From Patescibacteria group bacterium (GTDB taxonomy: Bacteria; Patescibacteriota; Minisyncoccia; UBA6257; 2-01-FULL-56-20): a stretch of 64,000 nucleotides of DNA. Below the pieces are notes generated by a model. The model was given only the letters and a program-made list of their open reading frames with translations. It made no database searches and was not told where the DNA came from. Location of the stretch: NCBI GenBank assembly GCA_024654525.1, contig JANLHI010000032.1, positions 172 to 64,171 of the forward strand. Direction: 5' to 3'. Below, piece by piece: positions 36,954-47,614 of this stretch (position 1 is the stretch's first letter; each line of letters begins with the position of its first letter). The translations under genes and the position numbers were made by a program.

Positions 36954-39809
36954 ATGATTCCCGATATAAAAAAACTTATTGCCGGATTTCTTGCGTGCTC
37001 CCTCCTTGCAACGTTATTTATTCTCATCGCCCCATCGTTCCTTTCACAAACACCCGCGTCTGTATCGCAAGAAAATAACTCCACGAATATCCAAAATGCT
37101 TTTACACCAAAGTCCGACACCATCTCTTCCGTTACGTCTGGCAATTCGGAAGAATCCGCCCAATCCCGGACACTGACTCCTTCTACCAACCTTACACAGC
37201 GCCTTGGAAATCTCCTCGCACGAGAAATAATAAACACTAACGAAGAAGCCGGAGTTCTTTCCGGTCCCCCAGAAGGTCTTGCGGTACCGAAACAGGCGGC
37301 ACTTGAAGCAACTATTAAAGATAGTTTGTCCGATGCATCATCTTTTCCATTTTCAGTGCCGGATTTCACCAGATCCATATCCGACAGCGCTCTTTCTATA
37401 ATTGAGAATCCATCCGCGGAAGATTATCAGCACTATACCGATGCTACTCAAGGAGTACTTGAAAAAACCATTTGGAGTAAAAACTTTCAAAACCTTCTCG
37501 AGGAAGAATCTCCAAGCATAGAAAGCGCATATGCGGCAACTACGGTATATGGAACCGCGTCCCGCGACCTGGCACAAATCTCCGTTCCCGCACCTCTTGT
37601 CTCGTTTCACAAAAAAATAACGACAGTAGTAATCAACCGAAAAAAACTTACTGATCTTGCACTGGATAATTTCGAGGATCCGCTCAAATCCATTGCGATT
37701 CTCAAACAACTCGACGGCCAAGTGGAGTCTATTATAGAGCAGGATCTTACCAATCTTCATAATGAGGCAGAGCGTATACGTACGTTATCACTCCACGCGC
37801 CCGTACAATCAGGCACACGCAATCTGGCGGACTATATTCTCGGCATTGATCGCGCGTTTGCACAAGGGTACGTCCCTGTTGATGCAACCGGACCGGTTTC
37901 AAAGGCATTTCAAACTCATGAGGCAAAAGCGACTACCACCACATGGCTCCGTCGCCTTTGGGAATGGGGCCAAAAAATATTCCTACAACAACTAAAAAAC
38001 CAACTCATCTCTCTTCTCGAACAGCAAATTGTAAATTGGATCAATGGGGGAGGGTCTCCACAATTTGTAACAGACTGGCAGGGATTTATTTCCACAGCGT
38101 TTAACAATGCCGCTGGTGCGGCGATTCAAGAAATTCTTCCGGGGCTTTGCCAACCCTCCTCCCCACTCCTCCGAATTTCATTGGTGCTCCCCAGCGTAAA
38201 TATACCCGTGTACAGCGGATGTACGCTCAATCAAGTGATAAGCAACGTAAAAAATTTCTATTCGAGTTTTCGCTCGGGAGGATGGGTTCAGTATGGTGTT
38301 ACGTTTGAACCCACCGGTAATTATTTCGGTGCTATTATCGAAGGACATGATCGTGTTACTCGTACCGCTCTTGCCGCCGCGGATGCCGCAAAAAACAAAG
38401 CACTTGCGGGAAGCGGATTCTTAAGTACGGAAGTATGTCCTTCAACTAATAAATCACCGGGGGCGGAAGGATGCCCTGGAGGTGAGCATCCGCTTATCCG
38501 CACACCGGGTTCGGTTCTCGGTGCCACAGTGACAAAAGCACTCGGATCAAACTTTGATCTTATTGTGAATGCAAACGATATAGGCGGACTTGTACAAACC
38601 GTCACAAATGCCGCGCTTACAAGAATCGTCACCTTGGGGCTAAGTGCAGTAAGCGGGAAACCGAGCGGATTAGGCCTTTCAAACGTTGCGTATACCAATA
38701 ATTCATCTCTCTCACAAGGACTCCAATCTGCTGAAAGTGATGCAAAAACAAAAGCGACTGTAGACCAAACTAACCAAGAATCCACTTTCGACGGACTGCA
38801 AACTTCCACTTCTCCACAAGCAGACCCGTTTGCGCAAGGAGTGGATACGGAAGAAGAAATTTCAACATCAAACAATCCCGTAAGTCTTGCAGAAAACAAG
38901 CCAGTGAGACAATCAAGCACATGGGTAAGTCGTGGCTCCGCGTCCGCAGCGGAATATGCCGTCGACGGAAGAAAAAGCAATAGTTTATATGGTTCTGCGG
39001 TAACCGACAGAGGAGGTAACAGCTGGTTAGTGGTAGATCTTCAAGAAATAGCTGTTATTGATCGCGTGGATATTCAAGAATTTCCCGGCCGACTGTTTTC
39101 GGGATGTATTATTATCTCCGCGCAAAATCCGGGATCATCCCCTTTGTCGTGCAACGGAAGCAACGGTGTGACGATTCCATTCGCGCCCACCGGCGCGGAA
39201 ACACTGGTAAGTATACCGGTGGGAAAAATCTCGGGTCGTTATGTATGGGTACAACAACAATCTTCCAAGGATAATATGATCATTTCGGAACTTGGAGTGT
39301 TTGGCGCCGGCACGGGACAAGGAAATAATTCAAGCGCCACTGCTATTTCGATGATATCTCCCGGAGGAGATGTATTATCGTGGAATCGTGGGACGACGTC
39401 TTATCCTCGACTCGACATCGTTTCATCAAAACCTGCATCGGGATTATCCCTCTCTTTTGAAATCAAGAAAGCGCCCGCATCAGGAACGGGAGTGACAAGA
39501 AAAATAACGGGAAATTACGCGGATGCTCCACTCGGAGATTTACTTGCGTCACTTAATGTCACTCTTCGTAATGCAGCAGGAACATCGTTGGTCTCCGACA
39601 CACTTAACTTTTCTATTAATCAAGGTGCAACCGTATTCTCTCCTTCTCAATCATTTTCATTACCGGCAAATACCATAAATTCACTTACCTACGATGCGAC
39701 AGTATATTCGTACGCCGGAATTAATGATTCATACCTTCTCCTCACCACCCTGCACGATGATGCCGGTGTCGTAATAAGCACCCATGCTTTCACTATCAAT
39801 GTTCATTAA
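36954..39809 (+). CDS. Large exported multidomain protein with F5/8-type C (fucolectin/discoidin-like) domain
   Basis: N-terminal TM, WINGGGSPQFVTDW region, SLAENKPVRQSST...YAVDG...WLVVDL...GRYV...ISELGVF. Confidence 0.75.
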   Translation: MIPDIKKLIAGFLACSLLATLFILIAPSFLSQTPASVSQENNSTNIQNAFTPKSDTISSVTSGNSEESAQSRTLTPSTNLTQRLGNLLAREIINTNEEAGVLSGPPEGLAVPKQAALEATIKDSLSDASSFPFSVPDFTRSISDSALSIIENPSAEDYQHYTDATQGVLEKTIWSKNFQNLLEEESPSIESAYAATTVYGTASRDLAQISVPAPLVSFHKKITTVVINRKKLTDLALDNFEDPLKSIAILKQLDGQVESIIEQDLTNLHNEAERIRTLSLHAPVQSGTRNLADYILGIDRAFAQGYVPVDATGPVSKAFQTHEAKATTTTWLRRLWEWGQKIFLQQLKNQLISLLEQQIVNWINGGGSPQFVTDWQGFISTAFNNAAGAAIQEILPGLCQPSSPLLRISLVLPSVNIPVYSGCTLNQVISNVKNFYSSFRSGGWVQYGVTFEPTGNYFGAIIEGHDRVTRTALAAADAAKNKALAGSGFLSTEVCPSTNKSPGAEGCPGGEHPLIRTPGSVLGATVTKALGSNFDLIVNANDIGGLVQTVTNAALTRIVTLGLSAVSGKPSGLGLSNVAYTNNSSLSQGLQSAESDAKTKATVDQTNQESTFDGLQTSTSPQADPFAQGVDTEEEISTSNNPVSLAENKPVRQSSTWVSRGSASAAEYAVDGRKSNSLYGSAVTDRGGNSWLVVDLQEIAVIDRVDIQEFPGRLFSGCIIISAQNPGSSPLSCNGSNGVTIPFAPTGAETLVSIPVGKISGRYVWVQQQSSKDNMIISELGVFGAGTGQGNNSSATAISMISPGGDVLSWNRGTTSYPRLDIVSSKPASGLSLSFEIKKAPASGTGVTRKITGNYADAPLGDLLASLNVTLRNAAGTSLVSDTLNFSINQGATVFSPSQSFSLPANTINSLTYDATVYSYAGINDSYLLLTTLHDDAGVVISTHAFTINVH

Positions 39810-39834
39810 CGCCTTCAGAAGGGGCGTGGGGAAA

Positions 39835-42387
39835 ATGCTCAAAACAATTTTTAAGGTTGCTGTCTTTGCAATCTCGATTGGCACACTTACCGTACCCTCG
39901 CCCGCACACGCAGGATGGCTCGACTTTGGTGCAAGTGTGATATTTGGCGCAACGGGAGGAGCTATTGCGTGGATTACTTATATCATCTCGTACATTATTA
40001 CGGCGATTGTAGGACTTTTCACCGCGCTGATAATCTATAGCATCGGTGTCGTGCTACAGCTCAATACCAATATCGTAAACGCGGTGGCAGTACAAGAAGG
40101 ATTCAAGGTAACGCTCTCCATCGCAAATCTTGGATTTGTACTCGGCATTATTATTATCGCGATTGCCACTATCATCAGATACGAACACTACGGAATAAAA
40201 CACCTTCTCGTGAAGCTTATTACCGCGGCGCTTTTGGTAAATTTCAGTTTGGTTATCGGCGGAAGCATTTTAAACTTTGCCGATCAATTGTCGAACGTAT
40301 TTCTCACCGCATTCCCCGGCGGAGGAGGGGATGAAAATGCCCTTTCAAAGTTTCATAATTTTTCAAAATCTTTTGGTGGGGCATTTTCTCCTCAACGCGC
40401 ACTCTTAAATCCAACAATTAAAGGAGCAAACAGTATGACATCCGATGACCTTCAAAGATTTCAAGGAGCGGGCTCAGTCGGGCAAAGCCTGGGAGAAGTA
40501 TTTACTCCTCTTTTGAACCTTATTTTCACCATCGTCATACTTATTTCTATCTTTATCACTGTATGCGTGTTCTTCTTTATGCTCCTCATACGATATATCT
40601 ATCTCGGCATCCTTTTTATCCTCATGCCACTCGTATGGCTTATGTGGGTATTTCCGCTCACCGAACACCTTTGGAAACAGTGGTGGGGAAAATTCCTTAA
40701 GTGGACATTTTTTGCACCCATCTCTCTATTCTTCCTATGGCTTGTGATTATCACTTCGGAAACCATGAACAGAGGAGCGGGCGACAACCCCCTGCAAGGA
40801 TTGCGAGGGCTTGGATATACCGCATCGGATTCATCTTTTGTCGCGGGACTCTCAAGTTTTGTTGGAAGTCTCGCTAATCAAGTTGTTGGTACTTTTCTTC
40901 AAATGGCGGTTCTCGTAGGACTTTCGATAGGGGGTCTTATCGCCGCGGAAAAGTTTTCAATCATGGGCTCACATGCGGCGATGGGCACAATGAAAGGATT
41001 AGGAAAGTGGGCGCAAGGATATGTCGGAAAGCGCGCAAAACAAACGGGAGGGAAAATTGCCCAAAGAATGGGCCTTGGAAATGCTGCGACTGCCCTGCAA
41101 CAAAAAGGACTTTCTTTGCCCACTAACATTGCCTCGGGTCGCGGAAGAGTATTGCGCACACTTGCTAAACCATTAAATGGTCTTGCGACTGCATTTAATT
41201 ACAGTGGAAAACTTGGAGGTCGCGCTCTTCAAGCGGGTGTTGCCGGAGGACGAAGCGGTTTGATAAGTGGTGGGGAAGCGGATGTGAAGGATGCAACAAA
41301 GGGACTCACCACCGACCAGCAGGCAAACCTTATCAGCACCATGACCGCGCCCCAACGGATTGCGCTTACTGCGAAAGCAATGAAAGAAGGGTGGCTTGAA
41401 AAAATTGACAGCAAATATTACGGCCCTGCCCAAAAAGAAATGTATAAGAGCTATGGACAGGAAAAAACGTATAACGATGTATACAAAGCAACTGCCGGAG
41501 CAGGAGAAAAGAAACATTATTTTGATGAAATTGAGAAGGGGAATAAGGATACCATCGAGCATACACGTGCAGAAGCGGAGAAGTTGAAGGAGGAAGAGAT
41601 ACGCAAGAAATCAGAAGACGCAAAGACGAAAGAAGTGGATCAGGCGTTGCGCAATACAATAGCGCCGAGCTCTCCATACGCTCAAGCTGCAGCGAAAAGA
41701 AAGTGGATAGACGAAGAAGTTAAGAAGCGACTTGCTCACACAGGACCCAACAACGAGATACGAGAGGCAGGAAATCGGGCAGTTAAAGATTCAGAGGAAG
41801 AGATAAAAAAAGCAGGAGAGAATGCAGTTGAAAGCAAGAAGAGAGGGGAAAATGTTATGGTTGATGAAATAGATTCAGAAACTGGAAAACTTACGGGTCG
41901 CAAAGTAAATGCACAAGAAAAACTAAAAGAAATTGATAGTAAGCTTGTTCCAGACTTAAAGAAAGGGGATAAAGCGCAGTATAAGGAAATATTTGGCGAT
42001 AAACCCGCATTCGGATTAAGTGCGGAGAGTGTAAAAATGATGGGGAGTGTATTTGCAGAAAAAATTGCATACTCAAACCAACAACTTGTACCGAATATTA
42101 TCTCCAAGATGAACGCGAAACAACTCCAAGGATTCTCAACGATGTACAAGAAAATCCTAAAGGATGGCAAAGATTCAACAGGTGGGGACTTGAAGAATTA
42201 TATAGAAAAAGGAGAGAAAAATTTTGAGAAAATTCTTGCGCATAACATGACAAGTCATGCGCACGAAGAGGAGGATCACGGAGGAGCACATGAAGAAGAA
42301 AATCGCGGAGGTGGCGCTTCTCACTCCCCCGCGCCGGAACCCGCTCCCGCCCCTAGTGGAGGAGGAGGTGACGCATCTCACCATTAA
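39835..42387 (+). CDS. VirB6/TrbL-like polytopic membrane protein
   Basis: Signal peptide (AHA), many TM helices, ANLGF...LI.AALLVNFS, LIRYIYL..L.ILMPL...WWGKF, long charged tail. Lies upstream of PrgI/VirB4. Confidence 0.75.
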   Translation: MLKTIFKVAVFAISIGTLTVPSPAHAGWLDFGASVIFGATGGAIAWITYIISYIITAIVGLFTALIIYSIGVVLQLNTNIVNAVAVQEGFKVTLSIANLGFVLGIIIIAIATIIRYEHYGIKHLLVKLITAALLVNFSLVIGGSILNFADQLSNVFLTAFPGGGGDENALSKFHNFSKSFGGAFSPQRALLNPTIKGANSMTSDDLQRFQGAGSVGQSLGEVFTPLLNLIFTIVILISIFITVCVFFFMLLIRYIYLGILFILMPLVWLMWVFPLTEHLWKQWWGKFLKWTFFAPISLFFLWLVIITSETMNRGAGDNPLQGLRGLGYTASDSSFVAGLSSFVGSLANQVVGTFLQMAVLVGLSIGGLIAAEKFSIMGSHAAMGTMKGLGKWAQGYVGKRAKQTGGKIAQRMGLGNAATALQQKGLSLPTNIASGRGRVLRTLAKPLNGLATAFNYSGKLGGRALQAGVAGGRSGLISGGEADVKDATKGLTTDQQANLISTMTAPQRIALTAKAMKEGWLEKIDSKYYGPAQKEMYKSYGQEKTYNDVYKATAGAGEKKHYFDEIEKGNKDTIEHTRAEAEKLKEEEIRKKSEDAKTKEVDQALRNTIAPSSPYAQAAAKRKWIDEEVKKRLAHTGPNNEIREAGNRAVKDSEEEIKKAGENAVESKKRGENVMVDEIDSETGKLTGRKVNAQEKLKEIDSKLVPDLKKGDKAQYKEIFGDKPAFGLSAESVKMMGSVFAEKIAYSNQQLVPNIISKMNAKQLQGFSTMYKKILKDGKDSTGGDLKNYIEKGEKNFEKILAHNMTSHAHEEEDHGGAHEEENRGGGASHSPAPEPAPAPSGGGGDASHH

Positions 42388-42389
42388 CC

Positions 42390-43826
42390 ATGATGAACGC
42401 AACCATAATACCAGAACAAAAAATCTTTGAGCGTTGGGATTTACTTGCCCCGGCGCTCCGCGATGCGTTGGTGTCCGAAGAAAATTCCGATATTGTCTGG
42501 AAAACATGCACCGATGAGCATCTTTCTGAAGAGAAAATACACGAAGTCGCCCGTATTGTCTCGTGGGTGATGTTGGGATTTCTCCACCCAGAGGACATTG
42601 CACGAGAAGTGCAATTCTCGACGGGGATTCATCCGGAAGTAGCGCGAGCGATTGCATCTCCGCTCATCAAAAAAATATTCGAGCCCATGCGGGATGATCT
42701 TGAAAATATTTATGCTCCCACACCCTTAAAAGAAGGTGTTTCCGCCTCAAGCGTAATCACCGATACCGAAAGCACTCCTTTCCCGATTATTATTGATAAT
42801 GCAGAAAAAACAGAAACGGTTGATAAAACACTTGCCAACCTCGGTAAGGGAATATCAGATGAGCCATTCTTCAAAGAACCTCCCGCTCGAATGGAAAGCG
42901 CTTCCTCTGCACCGCTTCCGGAAAATCCCTTCTTCGACAATACCACCGTCGGTGAAAAACCCGTTCCTTTCCCTCCTGCATCTTCTGATGTTCCCCCTGC
43001 CTTTCATGAAGAAACATCCTCGGAGACGATGCCATTCATGATTCACGAAGAACCTTCCGCTTCTTCAATTCCTCACATCGGAGATTTTTCCTTGAATATC
43101 AAACCTGAAGAATTTGGGCCTTCACGCGAAGAATTTCAAAATATTCCAAAAGCAGACATAGAAATAGGAGGAGGAGACAACCCCGCAGTTCACCCGCAAG
43201 AAGGATTTTATTCCCCCGACGACAACCAGCCGGAGAGAATTGTGCATTACAGTGATTTTCACACACCGATTCCCGCAGAAACCGAAAAAAATACCATTAT
43301 TACACCTTTTTCATCCCTTACCAAACCCACTCCGTCATTTAAAGAAAAAAATCCAGAAGATGCTTTTCAACCGCCACCTTCTCCATCCTCAGAAACAATA
43401 ATGAATATCGGAAATTTTGGAGGAGATATTTCATCCGCTCACACGTCGATTTCTCCCGAGCCTGCGCCGCCTGTTCCCACCCCTAAAAAGAAAGGGGTAT
43501 TCGGTTCTTTTTTCGGATTGCCAAAAAGTAAAAAAAATATCGTAGTAACAGACACTGCACCAATCCCCGATATTCCTCCGTCACCTCTTTCTTTCAAAAA
43601 AATCTCTCCCGACATTCCTCCAAAACCAAAAAAAGTACTTGTTTTTGATTCTGCATCTTTTATGCAAAATGCTCCGAGAAAAGAAAATTTCTCCAGCGTC
43701 CAACCAGCCCCACCACCTGTTCCGAAAATCATCCCATCTCCCGCACCTCAAGATAAAACTTTAAGTTCTTCCGTGTTGGATATATCCTCTCTCTCCGGAG
43801 ATCTCAATAAAGAATCAACTTCTTAA
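42390..43826 (+). CDS. Hypothetical protein, short folded N-terminus plus Pro/Ser-rich disordered region
   Basis: 478-aa ORF inside the operon, low-complexity C-terminal ~370 aa. Confidence 0.75.
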   Translation: MMNATIIPEQKIFERWDLLAPALRDALVSEENSDIVWKTCTDEHLSEEKIHEVARIVSWVMLGFLHPEDIAREVQFSTGIHPEVARAIASPLIKKIFEPMRDDLENIYAPTPLKEGVSASSVITDTESTPFPIIIDNAEKTETVDKTLANLGKGISDEPFFKEPPARMESASSAPLPENPFFDNTTVGEKPVPFPPASSDVPPAFHEETSSETMPFMIHEEPSASSIPHIGDFSLNIKPEEFGPSREEFQNIPKADIEIGGGDNPAVHPQEGFYSPDDNQPERIVHYSDFHTPIPAETEKNTIITPFSSLTKPTPSFKEKNPEDAFQPPPSPSSETIMNIGNFGGDISSAHTSISPEPAPPVPTPKKKGVFGSFFGLPKSKKNIVVTDTAPIPDIPPSPLSFKKISPDIPPKPKKVLVFDSASFMQNAPRKENFSSVQPAPPPVPKIIPSPAPQDKTLSSSVLDISSLSGDLNKESTS

Positions 43827-43850
43827 TACTAATATTTTCATCTTTATTTC

Positions 43851-44351
43851 ATGCAATTCCAAGTCCCTCAATTTATTGAAACGGAAGACAAGATTGTCGG
43901 TCCTTTTACGTTGAAACAATTTATTGTGGTCGGCGTGTCTGTAGGAATATCTCTCGTACTCTACTTCATCGTCGTTCCTTGGCTGTGGATTATTCTTTCT
44001 ATTCCAATAGTGGGCGCAGGAGCTTCGCTTGCATTTATACGTGTTGGGGGAAGATCTCTCCCTGTAGTAGCCCAAGCCGCGATCCGCTATTTCTGGAAAC
44101 CTCAAACGTATGTATGGCAACCACAACAGCCTCACGCTCCTACAACTCCCTCTCCCCAAGAACACCCTTCTCATGAATCATCACTTGAAGAAATTCTTTC
44201 TGGACTCGCATTGCGTACCACATGGCAAAAGCTTCAAACCGGAAAAAAGATATCGCCCGGTACATTGCTTGGACATACGCAAGACCGATACACAATATTT
44301 CGCAAACGCACCGGAGAACGCAACGCAGCAAGAAGGATAGACTACCGATAG
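43851..44351 (+). CDS. PrgI family (VirB3-like) protein
   Basis: MQFQVPQFIETEDKIVGPFTLKQF followed by two TM helices. Confidence 0.9.
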   Translation: MQFQVPQFIETEDKIVGPFTLKQFIVVGVSVGISLVLYFIVVPWLWIILSIPIVGAGASLAFIRVGGRSLPVVAQAAIRYFWKPQTYVWQPQQPHAPTTPSPQEHPSHESSLEEILSGLALRTTWQKLQTGKKISPGTLLGHTQDRYTIFRKRTGERNAARRIDYR

Positions 44352-44447
44352 TCTTTTTACCACAATGCCCCGAGGTAGCAGTTTCGTAATAAGGTACAAT
44401 TAATATGCATGGATTCGAGATAAGAACTCCGTACATTCTCTATTTTT

Positions 44448-45137
44448 ATGCCTAAAGAATTTGCAAACGCACAAACTCTTGTCGCAGTAAAAGATATACG
44501 CGACAACGTCCTTATCTTGAACGATGGCGGACTTCGCCAAATTCTCATGGTAAACGGTATTAATTTTGCGCTCCGATCCGAAGTAGAGCAAAACACTATT
44601 ACCGCCGGATATCAAAATTTCCTCAATACTCTCGACTTTCCTCTTCAAATCCTTATTCATTCGCGCAAAATTAATATTGACGAATATCTTATAAAGCTTG
44701 CCTCCCGCGAACAAGCAGAGCTTTCTCCTTTACTTCGCAGTCAAAATTCCGAGTACAGAGAATTCATCAGGGGGTTTGTGGAAAAAAATGCGATTATGGA
44801 AAAAAGTTTTTTTGTGGTGATTCCATGGTTTCCTTCTGCTATACCCACCAAGCAGACTATTATGCGCTTTATTCCGTTTTTAAAACACAGCAAGGAGGAA
44901 AACGACGCAGCTGCAACCGACAAAGAGGATTCTTTTGAGGAATCGCTGGAACAGCTCAAAGATCGCGTCGAGCAAATATCAGAAGGACTTTCTTCAATCG
45001 GGCTTGATTCGGTAATACTCGATAATAAGGCGCTCGCTGAACTTCTCTATAATTTCTACAATCCTGAATCCATTGAAAAAGAGAATATCAATCTTCCTGA
45101 TACTCAAGATGAAATGTCGCATAAAAATACACCATAG
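44448..45137 (+). CDS. TraC/VirB4 N-terminal-like protein
   Basis: VNGINFALRS..EQ...YQNFLNTLDFPLQI...FFVVIP...LYNFYNP; between PrgI and VirB4. Confidence 0.8.
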   Translation: MPKEFANAQTLVAVKDIRDNVLILNDGGLRQILMVNGINFALRSEVEQNTITAGYQNFLNTLDFPLQILIHSRKINIDEYLIKLASREQAELSPLLRSQNSEYREFIRGFVEKNAIMEKSFFVVIPWFPSAIPTKQTIMRFIPFLKHSKEENDAAATDKEDSFEESLEQLKDRVEQISEGLSSIGLDSVILDNKALAELLYNFYNPESIEKENINLPDTQDEMSHKNTP

Positions 45138-45139
45138 CC

Positions 45140-46876
45140 ATGGAAGAATCCTCTAAACAAGAGAGTCCTTTAGGAAACATTGCTAAAGTGATTGCACCCG
45201 CAGGTGTTGAAGTAACGCCGAATCACGTAAAGATCGGGTCTAAGCTCGTTAAGACGTTTTTTATTCTTTCTTATCCACGCTATCTCGCTACGGGGTGGTT
45301 TGAACCACTGGTAAATCTCCCTAATCTTCTTGATATTTCCATCTTTGTAACACCGATGGATACCGGAAACGCACTGCGCAACCTCAGAAGAAAAGCCGCA
45401 CAGCTTGAATCTCAGATTGCCGATACGGAAGAGAAAGGCTTAGTGCGCGATCCTCTTCTCGAAACCGCGCTTCGCGATGTGGAATCGTTACGCGACACTC
45501 TCCAACAATCAGAGGAACGCCTTTTCGATACTGCGGTATATATCGCCGTATACGCCGACACAGAAGACGAACTTGCTCGCCTTGAGGGTCAAGTAACCTC
45601 GCTTATGGAATCGAAGCTTATCTATATCAAACCAGCGCTCTTCGAACAACTTGAAGGACTCATGTCTATATTTCCCTTTAACAGCGATAAATTGTCCATC
45701 ACCACATCCATGAATTCCGGCCCTATTTCTTCATTCTTTCCATTCGTATCAGAGGACCTTACTTCGAACGATGGAATTATGTATGGCATCAACCGCCACA
45801 ATAACAGTCTAGTTATATTCGACCGGTTTTCTCTAGAGAATGCAAACCAAGTCATTTTCGCCAAATCAGGATCGGGAAAATCCTATGCCACAAAACTCGA
45901 AATTGTTCGATCTCTTATGATTGGAACCGATGTTATTGTTATCGATCCCGAAAATGAGTACGAGCGCCTTGCGCATGCGCTTGGAGGAAGCTTCTTTAAC
46001 ATATCCCTTTCTTCGGAAGAACATGTGAACCCCTTCGATATTCCCATCATACCCGAGGGAGAATCTCCGTCCGACATTCTTCGCTCTCATATCGTCAACC
46101 TTTCCAGTCTTGTAAAACTCATGCTTGGAAAAATAACTCCGGAAGAAGACTCTCTCCTCGACCGCGCGATTACGGAAACATATGCATCGCGGGAAATTGT
46201 AGTGGGAGAGGATTTTTCGGGAAAAGAGCCTCCTCTTCTTGAAGATTTAGAAACCATCCTCCGTAATCTTGAAGGAGGAAGGGCGATGGCCGAACGTCTG
46301 TATAAATATACGAAAGGGTCTTTTGCCGGTTTTGTGAATCAGCACACCAACATTGATATCAATAATCGTCTTATCGTTTTTTCCATTCGAGACCTTGAAG
46401 AAGAGCTTCGTCCAATTGCTATGTTCGTCGTATTAAATTTTATCTGGAACCTTATCCGTGCAAAGTTAAAACGCAGAATTCTTATGATTGATGAAGCGTG
46501 GATTATGATGAAAAATGACGACTCCGCTACATTTCTTTTCGGTCTTGTAAAACGAGCTCGGAAATATTATTTGGGCGTTTCCACTATCACGCAAGACGTG
46601 GAGGATTTTCTTCGCTCTCCGTATGGAAGACCCATCATTACCAACTCATCAGTACAACTCTTGTTAAAACAGGCGCCTGCGACAATCGACATCGTTGCAA
46701 AAGCATTTGATCTCACCGAGGCGGAGAAGGGGATGCTTTTGGGTGCCGAAGTCGGTACCGGACTCTTTTTTGCAGGTAAAAAACATGTAGCGTTACAAAT
46801 TATTGCGTCTTACTTCGAAGATCAGATGATTACTACAAATCCGGAACAGCTTCTTGAGGAAGATAAGGCGGAATAG
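45140..46876 (+). CDS. virB4: VirB4-like type IV secretion ATPase
   Basis: Walker A AKSGSGKS, IDPENEY, INPF-like VNPFDI, Walker B IDEAW, RARKY, ITQDVEDF. Confidence 0.93.
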   Translation: MEESSKQESPLGNIAKVIAPAGVEVTPNHVKIGSKLVKTFFILSYPRYLATGWFEPLVNLPNLLDISIFVTPMDTGNALRNLRRKAAQLESQIADTEEKGLVRDPLLETALRDVESLRDTLQQSEERLFDTAVYIAVYADTEDELARLEGQVTSLMESKLIYIKPALFEQLEGLMSIFPFNSDKLSITTSMNSGPISSFFPFVSEDLTSNDGIMYGINRHNNSLVIFDRFSLENANQVIFAKSGSGKSYATKLEIVRSLMIGTDVIVIDPENEYERLAHALGGSFFNISLSSEEHVNPFDIPIIPEGESPSDILRSHIVNLSSLVKLMLGKITPEEDSLLDRAITETYASREIVVGEDFSGKEPPLLEDLETILRNLEGGRAMAERLYKYTKGSFAGFVNQHTNIDINNRLIVFSIRDLEEELRPIAMFVVLNFIWNLIRAKLKRRILMIDEAWIMMKNDDSATFLFGLVKRARKYYLGVSTITQDVEDFLRSPYGRPIITNSSVQLLLKQAPATIDIVAKAFDLTEAEKGMLLGAEVGTGLFFAGKKHVALQIIASYFEDQMITTNPEQLLEEDKAE

Positions 46877-46881
46877 TGATT

Positions 46882-47601
46882 ATGGAAGAACAAGGAGGAG
46901 AAAAAAAAGTAAGTCTCGTTGAGACGATATATTTACTCATTATTGTTGGCATTAACTCTGTAGTAAAAATAGTTGCCGACCTTTCTTTCGGAATTCCTAT
47001 AATAGGACAAATTTTTTTTATATTTGCGGAGTTTTTCACCGTTATAATCTGGGCATTAATTCTTTTTTTCTTTGTAATGAAGCTGGGATCGTTTGGCGCG
47101 GTGGGAATTGCACAAGTCATCGGCGGTATTCTTGATATGCTTGGAATTCCAATAGGACTCCTCATTTCCACTACTCTCGGTATCTACCTTGCAAACCACC
47201 CGAAAGTCACTGCAGTGGCGCAACTCGCAACAGCAAAAGGAGCAGTGTCTGCGGAAGGAAGGGTTGCTAAAGAAGCTACGGCAGAGGGTACTGCAGGGGA
47301 AAAGACAGCGAAAGGTACTACGGCTCGCATCTCACAATCGGGTACTGCAGAAATACAAACTCCAGAAGCGGGTACTGTACCTAATACGCCCCTTGGAGAG
47401 GAAAATGTAATTCCTCAAAAGCCCTCAATTTCAGAAGAATCATTTGGGATTGAACCAGAACCATTAGAGAAGGTGCGAAGACTTATGGAAAACCCTCTAT
47501 CCCCAGAAGAAAACAGAGATGAGGAATCACAACCCTCATCACCTCCTCCTCGCATGGTTGAAGATATACACAAAAGAGAGCTCCCGGGCGATGGGGTATA
47601 A
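46882..47601 (+). CDS. Hypothetical membrane protein
   Basis: Three to four TM helices followed by an acidic disordered tail. Confidence 0.75.
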   Translation: MEEQGGEKKVSLVETIYLLIIVGINSVVKIVADLSFGIPIIGQIFFIFAEFFTVIIWALILFFFVMKLGSFGAVGIAQVIGGILDMLGIPIGLLISTTLGIYLANHPKVTAVAQLATAKGAVSAEGRVAKEATAEGTAGEKTAKGTTARISQSGTAEIQTPEAGTVPNTPLGEENVIPQKPSISEESFGIEPEPLEKVRRLMENPLSPEENRDEESQPSSPPPRMVEDIHKRELPGDGV

Positions 47602-47614
47602 TAAAAACAAGTAG

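Noticed and set aside
43851-46876. Integrative conjugative element or plasmid
   Set aside because: No integrase, relaxase, coupling protein or direct repeats, and the genes are embedded among core origin-region genes.
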